Below, in pieces: positions 55,643-64,000 of a stretch of DNA of 64,000 bases. The stretch covers positions 1,502-65,501 of the forward strand of contig JBAYJB010000003.1 in assembly GCA_041665325.1 (NCBI GenBank), in the 5' to 3' direction. A program made the translations under genes and the position numbers. Source of the DNA: Minisyncoccota bacterium (GTDB taxonomy: Bacteria > Patescibacteriota > Minisyncoccia > Phycocordibacterales > PALSA-1337). Positions within the stretch are counted from its first letter, which is position 1. The number at the start of each line of letters is the position of its first letter. Under the pieces are notes generated by a model. The model was not told the DNA's origin and did not search any database. It saw nothing but the letters and a program-made list of their open reading frames with translations.

Positions 55643-56845
55643 TTACGGCTCTATAACCGGCATCAAAGCCTCTTTGTTATAGACATTGGCTGCATTCCAG
55701 AGCATCCAGCTAGTCAGACCGGCATCATAGACTCCCTGATACTGCTTCTTAACCATCTCTGGCGTGTACACGGCTCCGAGGTCGAATGCTTGCAACCAGG
55801 GGCGGATCTTGTCCGGACTCGAAGAGGCGGCCACTGCTCGCTCTACCGCCCTGATCATAGTATTTTTGACCACTTCATATGGGTACTCGGCCGGGTTTGG
55901 ATAGCCATCGAAATTGCTTATAAAATGTGAAGGGTAGACCATCGGTGCTACATAATCGAAATACGGCAAGGAATTCTCCAGGATCTGGCCGATGCCCATG
56001 TCGTCGGTATTGACCGTGGTCTGGCCGAAGAGATCGGCCGACATGATGATACCCTCTGGCGCGAGCTCCGAGCGAAGATAGGAAAAGAAATCCGTCATGG
56101 CCATGGCCTTGGTCGTCGAAGCCGACAGGATGAAACGAGCATCGCTCATGTCCCCGTCGGATGGAAAGCGGATATAATCAAAATTGATCTCATCGAAGCC
56201 GATGGCGTATCCTTCCTTAGAGATATCCACGATGTAATCCCAATAGGCCGGGAAGTTAGGATCGATGTAAGCCAATCTATTCTTGTCTGTCCATGGCGTA
56301 TCAGGGTGAGAGATGCTCTGCACGGCGATCTCCGGATGGGCGGCCGCATACAGAGGGTCCTGGAAGACCGTGACGCGAGCGATGGCGTAGATATTGTCCT
56401 TGTGGAGACGCGCGATGAACTCGGGCAGGTCGGCTACGCGACAACCCTTGCCCGACGGGGCCGGTACCTTGCTCGCGGCATACGAGATCGTACCGGTATA
56501 GTCCTTGAGGTCGATCACCAGAGCATTGATCTCGGTGTCCTTCATGACTGACAAAACTCGCTCCCGGATGCTCGGGGTGCTGGCCACGCAGGAAGTCATG
56601 TATATGCCTTTGACCGCGGCAGGAGTTGCGATGTGAGTGACGACGGGCAACGGTTCTACCGCCTTGACTGATGTGGTCGCAAGGTCCGATAGCCCAGCCA
56701 AATCCCCATAGTCGATATGATCACTGGGCAATAGGCCTTCGGGCATGAATAAGAAAATCAAAGCGCCCAGCACGACGATGACGCAAGCGCCAAAGACGAT
56801 ACCGGTGGTTCGTGCCACACCGGCCTCATGACCGCGAATATTCAT
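55643..56845 (-). CDS. Putative glycoside hydrolase (DUF4015-like) with N-terminal TM anchor
   Basis: VKGIYMT, VIDLKD, ARVTVFQD, GFDEINFDYIRFP, PMVYPSH, RPWLQAF. Confidence 0.85.
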   Translation of the reverse strand: MNIRGHEAGVARTTGIVFGACVIVVLGALIFLFMPEGLLPSDHIDYGDLAGLSDLATTSVKAVEPLPVVTHIATPAAVKGIYMTSCVASTPSIRERVLSVMKDTEINALVIDLKDYTGTISYAASKVPAPSGKGCRVADLPEFIARLHKDNIYAIARVTVFQDPLYAAAHPEIAVQSISHPDTPWTDKNRLAYIDPNFPAYWDYIVDISKEGYAIGFDEINFDYIRFPSDGDMSDARFILSASTTKAMAMTDFFSYLRSELAPEGIIMSADLFGQTTVNTDDMGIGQILENSLPYFDYVAPMVYPSHFISNFDGYPNPAEYPYEVVKNTMIRAVERAVAASSSPDKIRPWLQAFDLGAVYTPEMVKKQYQGVYDAGLTSWMLWNAANVYNKEALMPVIEP

Positions 56846-57156
56846 GGGGTTGCCTGATCGGCTGGATTGGTAACTGCTGGTCCCGAAGAAGTGGAGGGTT
56901 GAGCTGATCCTGGAACGGAAACAGGCGGCACCGAAGGAACAGAGGTCTCTGGAGCTTGGGCAGGCCGGCGGCGCTCCATATATGAGATCGAACGGTCTTG
57001 CATCGCCTTTGCTTCCGGCCGGATCCTCGAAGCGACAAAGACGATGACCACCCCAGTGATCAAGGCTAGAACCTCTCTGACTCCGGGCGGGAAGCCGAGC
57101 TTGAATAAGATCATAACCCAAATACCGAGAAGCATGATGACCTGGCGTTTCGACAT
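56842..57156 (-). CDS. Small membrane protein (two TM helices plus disordered tail)
   Basis: Two hydrophobic segments; TATAAT just upstream; 4-nt overlap with the next gene. Confidence 0.7.
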   Translation of the reverse strand: MSKRQVIMLLGIWVMILFKLGFPPGVREVLALITGVVIVFVASRIRPEAKAMQDRSISYMERRRPAQAPETSVPSVPPVSVPGSAQPSTSSGPAVTNPADQATP

Positions 57157-57195
57157 GATGAGATTATTATAGCAACAAGCAGAGCATCGCGCACC

Positions 57196-57897
57196 CTAAC
57201 GATTGCTCACAATGACGACGAACTCGCCGCGCACCGTATCCGGATGGATTTCAAAATATCGAGCGGTCTCTGCAGCCGTGCCGCTCACCACTTGTTCAAA
57301 TATTTTAGTCAGCTCGCGACAGACCGTCACACGCTTGCCTGCGACGTCAAGATGCAGAGCAAGAGACTCCAGAGTCTTTTCGATACGATGAGGCGATTCG
57401 TAGAAGACCACAGTACGTTCCGCGACGGTGATCTCCTTGAATAGGGTCTCTCTTCCCTTCTTGTGCGGCAGGAAGCCCAGGAATACGAAGTCGGCACAGG
57501 GCACGCCGGCGATCGACAGAGCGGCGGTCAGAGCTGACGGGCCGGGCACAGACTCGATCTTCAACCGGCCATCAGCTAGTTCGACTGCCATGTCCTTACG
57601 GAGCCGCGAGACCAGCTCGGCCCCGGGGTCGGATATGCCGGGGGTGCCGGCGTCGGAGACCAAAGCGAGATTCTTGCCCTCGCCCAACAATCTGATGATC
57701 CCCTCTACTCGGGAGATCTTGCTATGCGCATGGTAGGACAGCGTCGGTGTCTTGATGCTGTGCCGGTCAAGCAACCGCTTGGTCATGCGGGTATCTTCGC
57801 AGAGGATCACATCTGCCGCCGCGAGGGTCTTGAGCGCCCGGAGGGTGATGTCCTCGAGATTGCCGATGGGGGTGCCGACGATGGATAAGGTAGACAT
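57196..57897 (-). CDS. rsmI: 16S rRNA (cytidine1402-2'-O)-methyltransferase
   Basis: VGTPIGNLEDIT, CEDTR, VSDAGTPGISDPG, YESPHR, RELTKIFE. Confidence 0.96.
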   Translation of the reverse strand: MSTLSIVGTPIGNLEDITLRALKTLAAADVILCEDTRMTKRLLDRHSIKTPTLSYHAHSKISRVEGIIRLLGEGKNLALVSDAGTPGISDPGAELVSRLRKDMAVELADGRLKIESVPGPSALTAALSIAGVPCADFVFLGFLPHKKGRETLFKEITVAERTVVFYESPHRIEKTLESLALHLDVAGKRVTVCRELTKIFEQVVSGTAAETARYFEIHPDTVRGEFVVIVSNR

Positions 57898-57913
57898 GTG
57901 TTGTTCCAGTATA

Positions 57914-58001
57914 GTCGTGCCCGCAGGCGAGAACAAGTCCTCCGCGAGGAGGAAGCGAAGCTGAGGATCGAGTGGAGGACTGTTGTCGCCGAGAGGGCGC
58001 G
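57914..58001 (+). repeat. Palindromic element copy C, intergenic
   Basis: 22-nt and 23-nt ends identical to the reverse complement of 47219-47309; inner stem AGTCCTCC/GGAGGACT. Confidence 0.88.
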
Positions 58002-58020
58002 TGTATGATAGTGTAAACGC

Positions 58021-59259
58021 ATGACTACCCGGGAAACCGTCATCTATGTGACCAGGGAGATCGAGAGGGCCCTCGGTATGGCCCCGAATGAGCATTATCT
58101 CATCGTCACCAACCGCACCGCTTATGGCGTGAAGGTGCGCGATCAATACCCCGACTTCGTGACCCTCATAGCAGATCAGGCCGGCGAGCTCCTCGGGACC
58201 GGTGACCTGCTGAAGCATGAACAGACCGAGGAACTCGTAGCCAAGGTCGCCAAAGCCTCCGGAGCAAAACCTTATATCCTGGTCTTCAAGAATACCGCCC
58301 GGATCGAACCCTTGGTCCGCGACCACGGCTGGATGCTCCTCAATCCGAGCGCGGCTTCATCCGAGAAGATCGAGAGCAAACTCTCGCAGATCGGGTGGCT
58401 CGCCGAGCTCGGCAGATACCTGCCGGCACACCGCATGGCCTCGATGCGCCATGTCCCATTCGAGGGCAAACCCTTCGTCATCCAGTGGGCGCACGGCCAT
58501 ACCGGCACAGGCACGATCCTGATCGAATCGGAAGAGGCCCTCAAGGCCGTCCAAGCCAAATTCCCCGAACGCTGGACGCGCGTCACCGAGTATATTCGAG
58601 GGCCGTCATTCACGGTCAATGTGATCATCACCCCGGATCGCGTGGCGGTCGGGAATGTCAGCTACCAGATCACCGGGCTTCCCCCCTTCACGGACAACCG
58701 CTTCACCACGATCGGCAACGACTGGGGAGTGGCGCGCACTCTGCTCACAGCCGACGATAAGAGCCGGCTGGACGAGATGGTCCGCGAGATCGGGGCCAAG
58801 ATGCAAAAAGATTATTGGCGCGGCCTCTTCGGTATAGATGTCATCAAGGATATCGACAGGAACAAGCTCTACCTCATCGAGATCAACGCCCGACAAGCGG
58901 CTTCATCGCCTTTTGAGTCATCCTTGCAGGAAGAACAGCGCTCCAAGGGAGCTCAAGGTCTGACCGTCTTCGAAGCCCATATCGCCGCCCTCCTCGGACA
59001 GCCGGTGGTCAAGCCGATCATCGAGATCAAGGAGGGCGCCCAGATCGTCCAGCGTGTCACCAAAGATGTCCGTTCCGTACCGGCAGAAGCCGCAGGCGGG
59101 CTAGAGCTGGCCGGGTACAATGTCGTGGCTTATGAGAATACCAAGGAAGGATCCGACCTCCTCCGCGTCCAGAGCGCAAAAGACATCATGGCCGCCGACG
59201 GCGCCTTCAACGACAAGGGCAAGGAGATATCTGGCATCGTCAGCGGCAGGGGCTTGTAG
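58021..59259 (+). CDS. ATP-grasp domain protein
   Basis: ESKLSQ, PFVIQ...GTGT, EYIRG, GLFGID, LIEINAR. Confidence 0.82.
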   Translation: MTTRETVIYVTREIERALGMAPNEHYLIVTNRTAYGVKVRDQYPDFVTLIADQAGELLGTGDLLKHEQTEELVAKVAKASGAKPYILVFKNTARIEPLVRDHGWMLLNPSAASSEKIESKLSQIGWLAELGRYLPAHRMASMRHVPFEGKPFVIQWAHGHTGTGTILIESEEALKAVQAKFPERWTRVTEYIRGPSFTVNVIITPDRVAVGNVSYQITGLPPFTDNRFTTIGNDWGVARTLLTADDKSRLDEMVREIGAKMQKDYWRGLFGIDVIKDIDRNKLYLIEINARQAASSPFESSLQEEQRSKGAQGLTVFEAHIAALLGQPVVKPIIEIKEGAQIVQRVTKDVRSVPAEAAGGLELAGYNVVAYENTKEGSDLLRVQSAKDIMAADGAFNDKGKEISGIVSGRGL

Positions 59260-59272
59260 TAGACTTAAGGGG

Positions 59273-60055
59273 ATGGACACCCAAACCCTCTCACCCGACG
59301 CCCTCTCGGTCATCGACCATTACCTACATTTCCATGTCGGCCCGGCCGTCTGCTCTATCCCCTATTTCAACAACAAGACCGTGCGTGCCCGCGGGGCGTT
59401 GGGCATTTCCGTGGGCAAAGGCAGCCCCAAGGAGATCACCGACGAGGTCAATATGCTGATCTTCAAACACCACATCGACAGCAACGCCCTGACGAACGAT
59501 TCCTTGAAGAAATTCCTGGTTGACCGGAACATTGGTATCGATTGTTCCGGCTTCGCGTACCACATCCTGAACTCCGAGAGCCGGGCGCGCAACAAGGACG
59601 GGCTCAAGAAGCGCATCGCATTCACCCGGGCGCGCGGTCTAGTCGGCCGGATCATGGCCAAGATGAGTCCCGTCAAGAATACCGATGTCGCCACGCTCGC
59701 TGACAACGAGAACAGCCGCATCATCGCGATCGGCGAGGTCATGCCCGGCGATATGATCATCATGATCCAAGAGACCACCGATGACGAGCGCAACCATATC
59801 CTCGTCGTGCACGAAGTAGAACGGGTGGACTCCAAACCGACCGTCATCCATTACTCTCACGCCATCGCTTATCCCGAAGACGGCCTCTATGGCAGCGGCA
59901 TGAAGCAGGGCACGATCGAGATCGCCGATCCGACCGGCTCGCTCTTCCAGCAACTATGGAAAGAAGGTGGAATGATCGAAGGCGCTTCGAATATCTTCAC
60001 CCGAGCACGAGGTTCTCGCACCGAGCTGCGCCGATTGAAGTGGCTCTATTCCTGA
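59273..60055 (+). CDS. NlpC/P60-like (papain-fold) protein
   Basis: GIDCSGF, PGD, downstream His (NHILVV). Start placed at MDTQTL. Confidence 0.65.
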   Translation: MDTQTLSPDALSVIDHYLHFHVGPAVCSIPYFNNKTVRARGALGISVGKGSPKEITDEVNMLIFKHHIDSNALTNDSLKKFLVDRNIGIDCSGFAYHILNSESRARNKDGLKKRIAFTRARGLVGRIMAKMSPVKNTDVATLADNENSRIIAIGEVMPGDMIIMIQETTDDERNHILVVHEVERVDSKPTVIHYSHAIAYPEDGLYGSGMKQGTIEIADPTGSLFQQLWKEGGMIEGASNIFTRARGSRTELRRLKWLYS

Positions 60056-60091
60056 TTGAAACGGCGCTCCAGCCGTGATATTCTGGAACGG

Positions 60092-61219
60092 ATGATAACC
60101 ATCCTCCAGGGCACGGCTGATCTGGCGTACATCTTGGGCTTCACGCTCGTCGGGGCTTTCGCGGCATTCCTCCTAGCGCCGCCTGTCATCCGTTTCCTCA
60201 AACATTTCAATGTCGTCAAAGGAGCCAAGGTAGAGCTGACCGCTCTCGGCTCTCACGCCTACAAAGCCACCACCCCGGTCATGGGAGGCTTGTTGGTCAT
60301 CATCACCATCGCTCTGATCACTTACCTCTTCAACTGGTCTCGAAGCTTCACTTGGGTGCCGATCGGCGTGATGCTCATCGCCGCCATCTTGGGAGCCGTC
60401 GACGATATCATGAATGTCTACGGTGCCGAACGCCGCTCTAGGAAACTCGACCACGTCCTCACCCTGATCCGCGTCCACCATGACTGGCGAGTCCGCGTCT
60501 GGTACGCTGTGACTCTGCCTTGGACCCTGTTCAAACGCATGTCCGTCTGGTTCGGTTCGCGCCCCGGCAAAGGCGTCTTCGTCCACGAGAAGCTCATCCT
60601 GCAATTCATCGCCGGATCGGTCACGGCCTGGTGGATATATGACAAGCTGGGACCGGCCTGGCACTTCGTCTATTTCCCCTTCGGGCTCTACTGGGACGCC
60701 GGCTGGCTGATCGTGCCGATCGTCATCCTGACCGTCATGTTCACCGCAAACGCCGTCAATATCGCCGACGGCATGGACGGCCTCTCCGGCGGCATGCTGG
60801 TCATCACCTTTAGTGCCTTGACGTTCCTGTCCTGGATCAACGGCTTCGGCGAGATCGCCATCCTGAACGCTACCGCCGTCGGAGCCCTGGCGGCCTACAC
60901 TTATTTCAATATCAAGCCGGCGCGCTTCATGATGGGCGATGTAGGATCATTGGGCCTCGGCGCACTCCTGGCTGTGAGCGCCATGGCTATCGGTGAGATC
61001 GGCTCCCTCTTCTTTCTGGGCTTCATGTTCTACATCGAAGCCCTCTCAGTCATCATCCAGGTCGGCTCACGTTATTTCTTCGGGCGCAAGGTGTTCAAGA
61101 TGGCACCCTTGCACCACCATTTCGAACTGCTCGGCTGGAGCGAGGAACGGACGGTCATGCGCTTCTGGATCATCCATTTCGTGTTCGTGGTATTCGGGTT
61201 CTGGCTGGCACTACACTAA
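60092..61219 (+). CDS. mraY: Phospho-N-acetylmuramoyl-pentapeptide transferase
   Basis: TPVMGG, GAVDD, NAVNIADGMDGL, MGDVGS, KMAPLHHHFE. Confidence 0.93.
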   Translation: MITILQGTADLAYILGFTLVGAFAAFLLAPPVIRFLKHFNVVKGAKVELTALGSHAYKATTPVMGGLLVIITIALITYLFNWSRSFTWVPIGVMLIAAILGAVDDIMNVYGAERRSRKLDHVLTLIRVHHDWRVRVWYAVTLPWTLFKRMSVWFGSRPGKGVFVHEKLILQFIAGSVTAWWIYDKLGPAWHFVYFPFGLYWDAGWLIVPIVILTVMFTANAVNIADGMDGLSGGMLVITFSALTFLSWINGFGEIAILNATAVGALAAYTYFNIKPARFMMGDVGSLGLGALLAVSAMAIGEIGSLFFLGFMFYIEALSVIIQVGSRYFFGRKVFKMAPLHHHFELLGWSEERTVMRFWIIHFVFVVFGFWLALH

Positions 61220-61223
61220 GCCC

Positions 61224-61892
61224 ATGAATAAAAAGCCCGCCCGAGAATATCTGTGCTGGAAGGAAGAGATCATTACCGATTTCTCCGAGGCAAATGTGGC
61301 CAAAAAATACAATGAGGGCTTTGTATTTACACGTATAGGAAAAGGCGTGATGCAGCAGACGCGCTCCGTTCGCATTGATATGTCTAGATTTGAACTAACT
61401 AGCGAGAACCGCCGCATCCTCAAAAAAACAGAGGGGGTTGAATTGAAGGGTTTTGAATTGCCCTTGAAAGATTATGATTTCAAAGTCGGCAAACTCGCCA
61501 AAGATTTCTACGACGAAAAATTCGGGCCAGGCATCATGAGCGCCAACAAGGTCAAGGAGCTAGTGGCGGATCTTACGAAAAGTTCGTTCAATTCTCTCCT
61601 CACGTATTCGAATGGTGACTCCCCCCTCGGTTACACCATCTGCTACCAAAACAAAGACCTCCTCCACTACTCTTATCCGTTCTATGATCTGGATGAATCT
61701 CCAAAGGACATGGGCCTCGGCATGATGATCCGCGCTGTGCAGTATGCAAAAGAGGCAGGTCTGAAATATATCTATCTCGGCTCCTTGCAAAGGCCGGGTG
61801 ACATTTACAAATTGCAGTTCGAGGGATTGGAGTGGTTCGATAGGAATGGGTGGCAGACGGGTACAGCAGAACTTAAAGAGATTTTGAAGTAA
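61224..61892 (+). CDS. GNAT-fold protein resembling the Arg/Leu-tRNA protein transferase (ATE_C) domain
   Basis: RSVRI, NRRILKK, YPFYD, LGMMI, YIYLG, YKLQF. Confidence 0.7.
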   Translation: MNKKPAREYLCWKEEIITDFSEANVAKKYNEGFVFTRIGKGVMQQTRSVRIDMSRFELTSENRRILKKTEGVELKGFELPLKDYDFKVGKLAKDFYDEKFGPGIMSANKVKELVADLTKSSFNSLLTYSNGDSPLGYTICYQNKDLLHYSYPFYDLDESPKDMGLGMMIRAVQYAKEAGLKYIYLGSLQRPGDIYKLQFEGLEWFDRNGWQTGTAELKEILK

Positions 61893-61925
61893 AAGATAAA
61901 CCCCCAAGCCGGATTGCTTGGGGGT
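61892..61925. terminator. Intrinsic terminator between convergent genes
   Basis: ACCCCCAAGC-cggatt-GCTTGGGGGT with a T-rich tail on the minus strand. Confidence 0.7.
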
Positions 61926-61947
61926 GGAGTTTGATACGCGTATCTCC

Positions 61948-62313
61948 TTAGCGTACTTCGGGATTATCGCAATAATACCTGAAGTGACCGACCTGACCGC
62001 CGAGCCCGTCGAACTTGGTAAGTGGCTTATCGCCCATCATGAGGGTAATCGGGTCCGCTCTGCCTTGCTCCAGAACCTTCTCTTGAAGGCCTGTGACCTC
62101 AACCAGAACGAAGCGATAAGCGCCGAAACCTTTGATACCAAATTCCCAGTCTTGTCCGTGATACACAAAGTATCGGGGGTCAGACGGAGGTTGGCTGGCG
62201 GCTCGGCCATTTTCGATGTTCGGGACATGACTCTGCAACTTGCGATGCAGTTCGGCAATCGGTAGACGAGTGGTCTCGCGACTGCACATAGCTCTGTAGG
62301 GTAGTCTATACAT
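61948..62313 (-). CDS. Hypothetical protein
   Basis: 121-aa ORF between a consensus promoter and a terminator. No family recognised. Confidence 0.5.
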   Translation of the reverse strand: MYRLPYRAMCSRETTRLPIAELHRKLQSHVPNIENGRAASQPPSDPRYFVYHGQDWEFGIKGFGAYRFVLVEVTGLQEKVLEQGRADPITLMMGDKPLTKFDGLGGQVGHFRYYCDNPEVR

Positions 62314-62455
62314 ACTTTACTCACTTTCTTTTGTATGTACCTCCACGGAATGTGAAGGCAACTGTCGCCGGTTTTGAAGCGGGTACAGTACGCAGAGAAG
62401 AATAACTCTTCGCTATGTACTGTACCCAACCCTTTCAATGTTCCAATACCCTGCT

Positions 62456-62485
62456 ATTATACACCACAATATCCCCCTTTGTCAA
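62456..62485 (-). promoter_or_regulatory. Consensus sigma70 promoter
   Basis: TTGACA-18 bp-TATAAT. Confidence 0.75.
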
Positions 62486-62526
62486 GTATCCCAATCCCTC
62501 AAAATGGCCTAGAATTAGGGCCATAT

Positions 62527-63915
62527 ATGGCCAAGCCCAACAAAGTCCACTTCATCGGTATCTGCGGCGTCGCCATGTCCGCGGTCGCCACAGCCCTCCA
62601 CAAGAAAGGCTTCAAGGTCACCGGCTCCGACGCCGGCTTCTTCCCACCCATCTCCACCCACCTGACCAAGCTCGGCATCCCCTACTACGCCGGCTGGCAT
62701 CCCGAGAAGATGATCGAGGGCGGCAAGCCAGATCTCGTGATCGTCGGCAACGCTATCGGCACGACCAATCCCGAACTCCTCTACGTCAAGGAAAATAAAA
62801 TGACATTTAAGTCATATCCGGAAGCCATCGGCGAATTCCTCATCGCCAAGAATAGCATCGTCGCGGCCGGCACTTATGGCAAGACCACCTCGAGCGCGTT
62901 GCTCACACACATATTGAGACATGCAAAATGGAACCCTTCCTACATGATCGGTGGTCTGACGCAGGATGAGTATCCAGCCGCGGCTATCGACAGCACCGAG
63001 TGGAGCGTGGTCGAGGGCGATGAATACACCACAGCCAAGTGGGATCAACGGCCGAAGTTCGCGCACTACAAGCCGACGCATCTGCTTCTCACGGCAGTGA
63101 AGTGGGATCATGCCGATATTTATAAAACAGAGGAGAGTTATTTTGATGCGTTCCGCACACTGATTAAGGAACTACCGAAGCCGCAAAGCATCATCGTTTC
63201 CTGTTTGGACAGCGAGACAGCGCACAAACTCATAGACCAAGCAATCAGGGGCTTTGTCAGCTACGGTAAGTCTGAATTTGCCAGCTATCGTTATTCGGAT
63301 GTCGTGCAATCCAAGGACGGTTTGAAATTCAAGATCACGCACGATGATCTCATCCATGAGATAAAGAGTCCCCTACTGGGCGCTTACAATGCCGAAAACA
63401 TCACCGGCTGTTTTGCTATGGCGTACGAGATCGGCATACCGGCAGATAAGGTAGTCGAAGCGATCTCTTCATTCATGGGCATGAAGCGCCGCATGGAAAA
63501 GCGCTTAGATGGAAAAGTAACCGTCATTGACGACATCGCCCATTCACCGGAGAAAGCAAAATCTGTATTGAAAAATCTCCGAGAGATATACTCCGGCAAG
63601 ATCATCGCCGTCTATGAGCCGAACACCGGCAACCGGACACCGGAATCTATCCCCTCTTACAAAGACGCATTCAGAGACGCCGATGAAGTGATCGTGCCGG
63701 CATTGACCAAACTCAAGGTAGATGCCAAGGACACGGACAAGACATTCGATGGGGCAAAATTGGCAGAAGTGATCGGAAAAAACGCTAAATATATCGAGGA
63801 TGACGACACCTTAGTCACGCACCTTATCCAGGGACGAAAAGCTGGCGATGTCATCGCTTTCCTAGGCTCCCACGGCTTCCGTGGCATGATCGAGGAGACG
63901 GTTAAGAAGTTTTAA
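62527..63915 (+). CDS. mpl: Mur ligase of the MurC/Mpl group, more Mpl-like
   Basis: HFIGICG, GTYGKTT, EGDEY, DHADIY, DDIAH, VYEP. EP is Mpl-like; MurC typically has FQPH. Confidence 0.65.
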   Translation: MAKPNKVHFIGICGVAMSAVATALHKKGFKVTGSDAGFFPPISTHLTKLGIPYYAGWHPEKMIEGGKPDLVIVGNAIGTTNPELLYVKENKMTFKSYPEAIGEFLIAKNSIVAAGTYGKTTSSALLTHILRHAKWNPSYMIGGLTQDEYPAAAIDSTEWSVVEGDEYTTAKWDQRPKFAHYKPTHLLLTAVKWDHADIYKTEESYFDAFRTLIKELPKPQSIIVSCLDSETAHKLIDQAIRGFVSYGKSEFASYRYSDVVQSKDGLKFKITHDDLIHEIKSPLLGAYNAENITGCFAMAYEIGIPADKVVEAISSFMGMKRRMEKRLDGKVTVIDDIAHSPEKAKSVLKNLREIYSGKIIAVYEPNTGNRTPESIPSYKDAFRDADEVIVPALTKLKVDAKDTDKTFDGAKLAEVIGKNAKYIEDDDTLVTHLIQGRKAGDVIAFLGSHGFRGMIEETVKKF

Positions 63916-63932
63916 GGGAAAATAGGAATATG

Positions 63933-63966
63933 AAAATGGCCCGGCTCCCTTCGGGAATCGGGCCAT
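63933..63966. terminator. Hairpin, putative terminator
   Basis: ATGGCCCG...TTCG...CGGGCCAT downstream of the Mur ligase gene. Confidence 0.55.
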
Positions 63967-64000
63967 ATCGCTTGGCTAGCTAGGACAAGACTACTATCGT

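Noticed and set aside
57196-58326. Long N-terminal extensions in track ORFs (rsmI, secA, murB, 45268-46899, 55643-57121, 59120, 60993, 62374)
   Set aside because: They overlap neighbouring genes or promoters. Family homology starts at downstream ATGs, many of which have adjacent -10 boxes.
1-64000. Stop-codon reassignment (code 25), tRNA/rRNA genes, transposases
   Set aside because: Conserved genes are full length under code 11 and several end in TGA. No tRNA, rRNA or transposase motifs were recognised by eye.

Overview
Bacterial chromosomal window using the standard genetic code. Gene content, compact spacing and -10 boxes placed directly before start codons suggest a Patescibacteria/CPR (Parcubacteria-like) genome; this is an inference. 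Layout: (1) 1-7308, the 5' part of a giant minus-strand gene (at least 2436 aa) that the ORF track misses, encoding an N-terminal HTH, one TM helix, Ser/Thr/Gly-rich fibre repeats and a 7-repeat LVIVD block, divergent from a small MerR/BldC-like HTH gene. (2) 7.9-15.8 kb, housekeeping genes: gatB, obg, AI-2E transporter, NUDIX, secA, murB. (3) 16-53 kb, a ~37-kb surface-glycan locus. A Campylobacter-type O-methyl-phosphoramidate (MeOPN, Cj1415-Cj1420-like) cassette and a sulfotransferase-fold gene sit between wzm and wzt. These are followed by FkbM methyltransferases, a triple-fusion sugar enzyme, rfbB and many GT2/GT4/GT-C genes. (4) 53-58 kb, a VirD4-like ATPase, orphan genes, a putative glycoside hydrolase and rsmI. 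(5) 58-64 kb, an unusual peptidoglycan cluster: ATP-grasp, NlpC/P60-like, mraY, ATE-like transferase and mpl-like ligase. The strongest unexplained signal is an ~81-91 bp palindromic element present three times: in frame inside secA, in a different frame inside a GT-C gene, and intergenic. No rRNA, tRNA, CRISPR array or transposase was seen.
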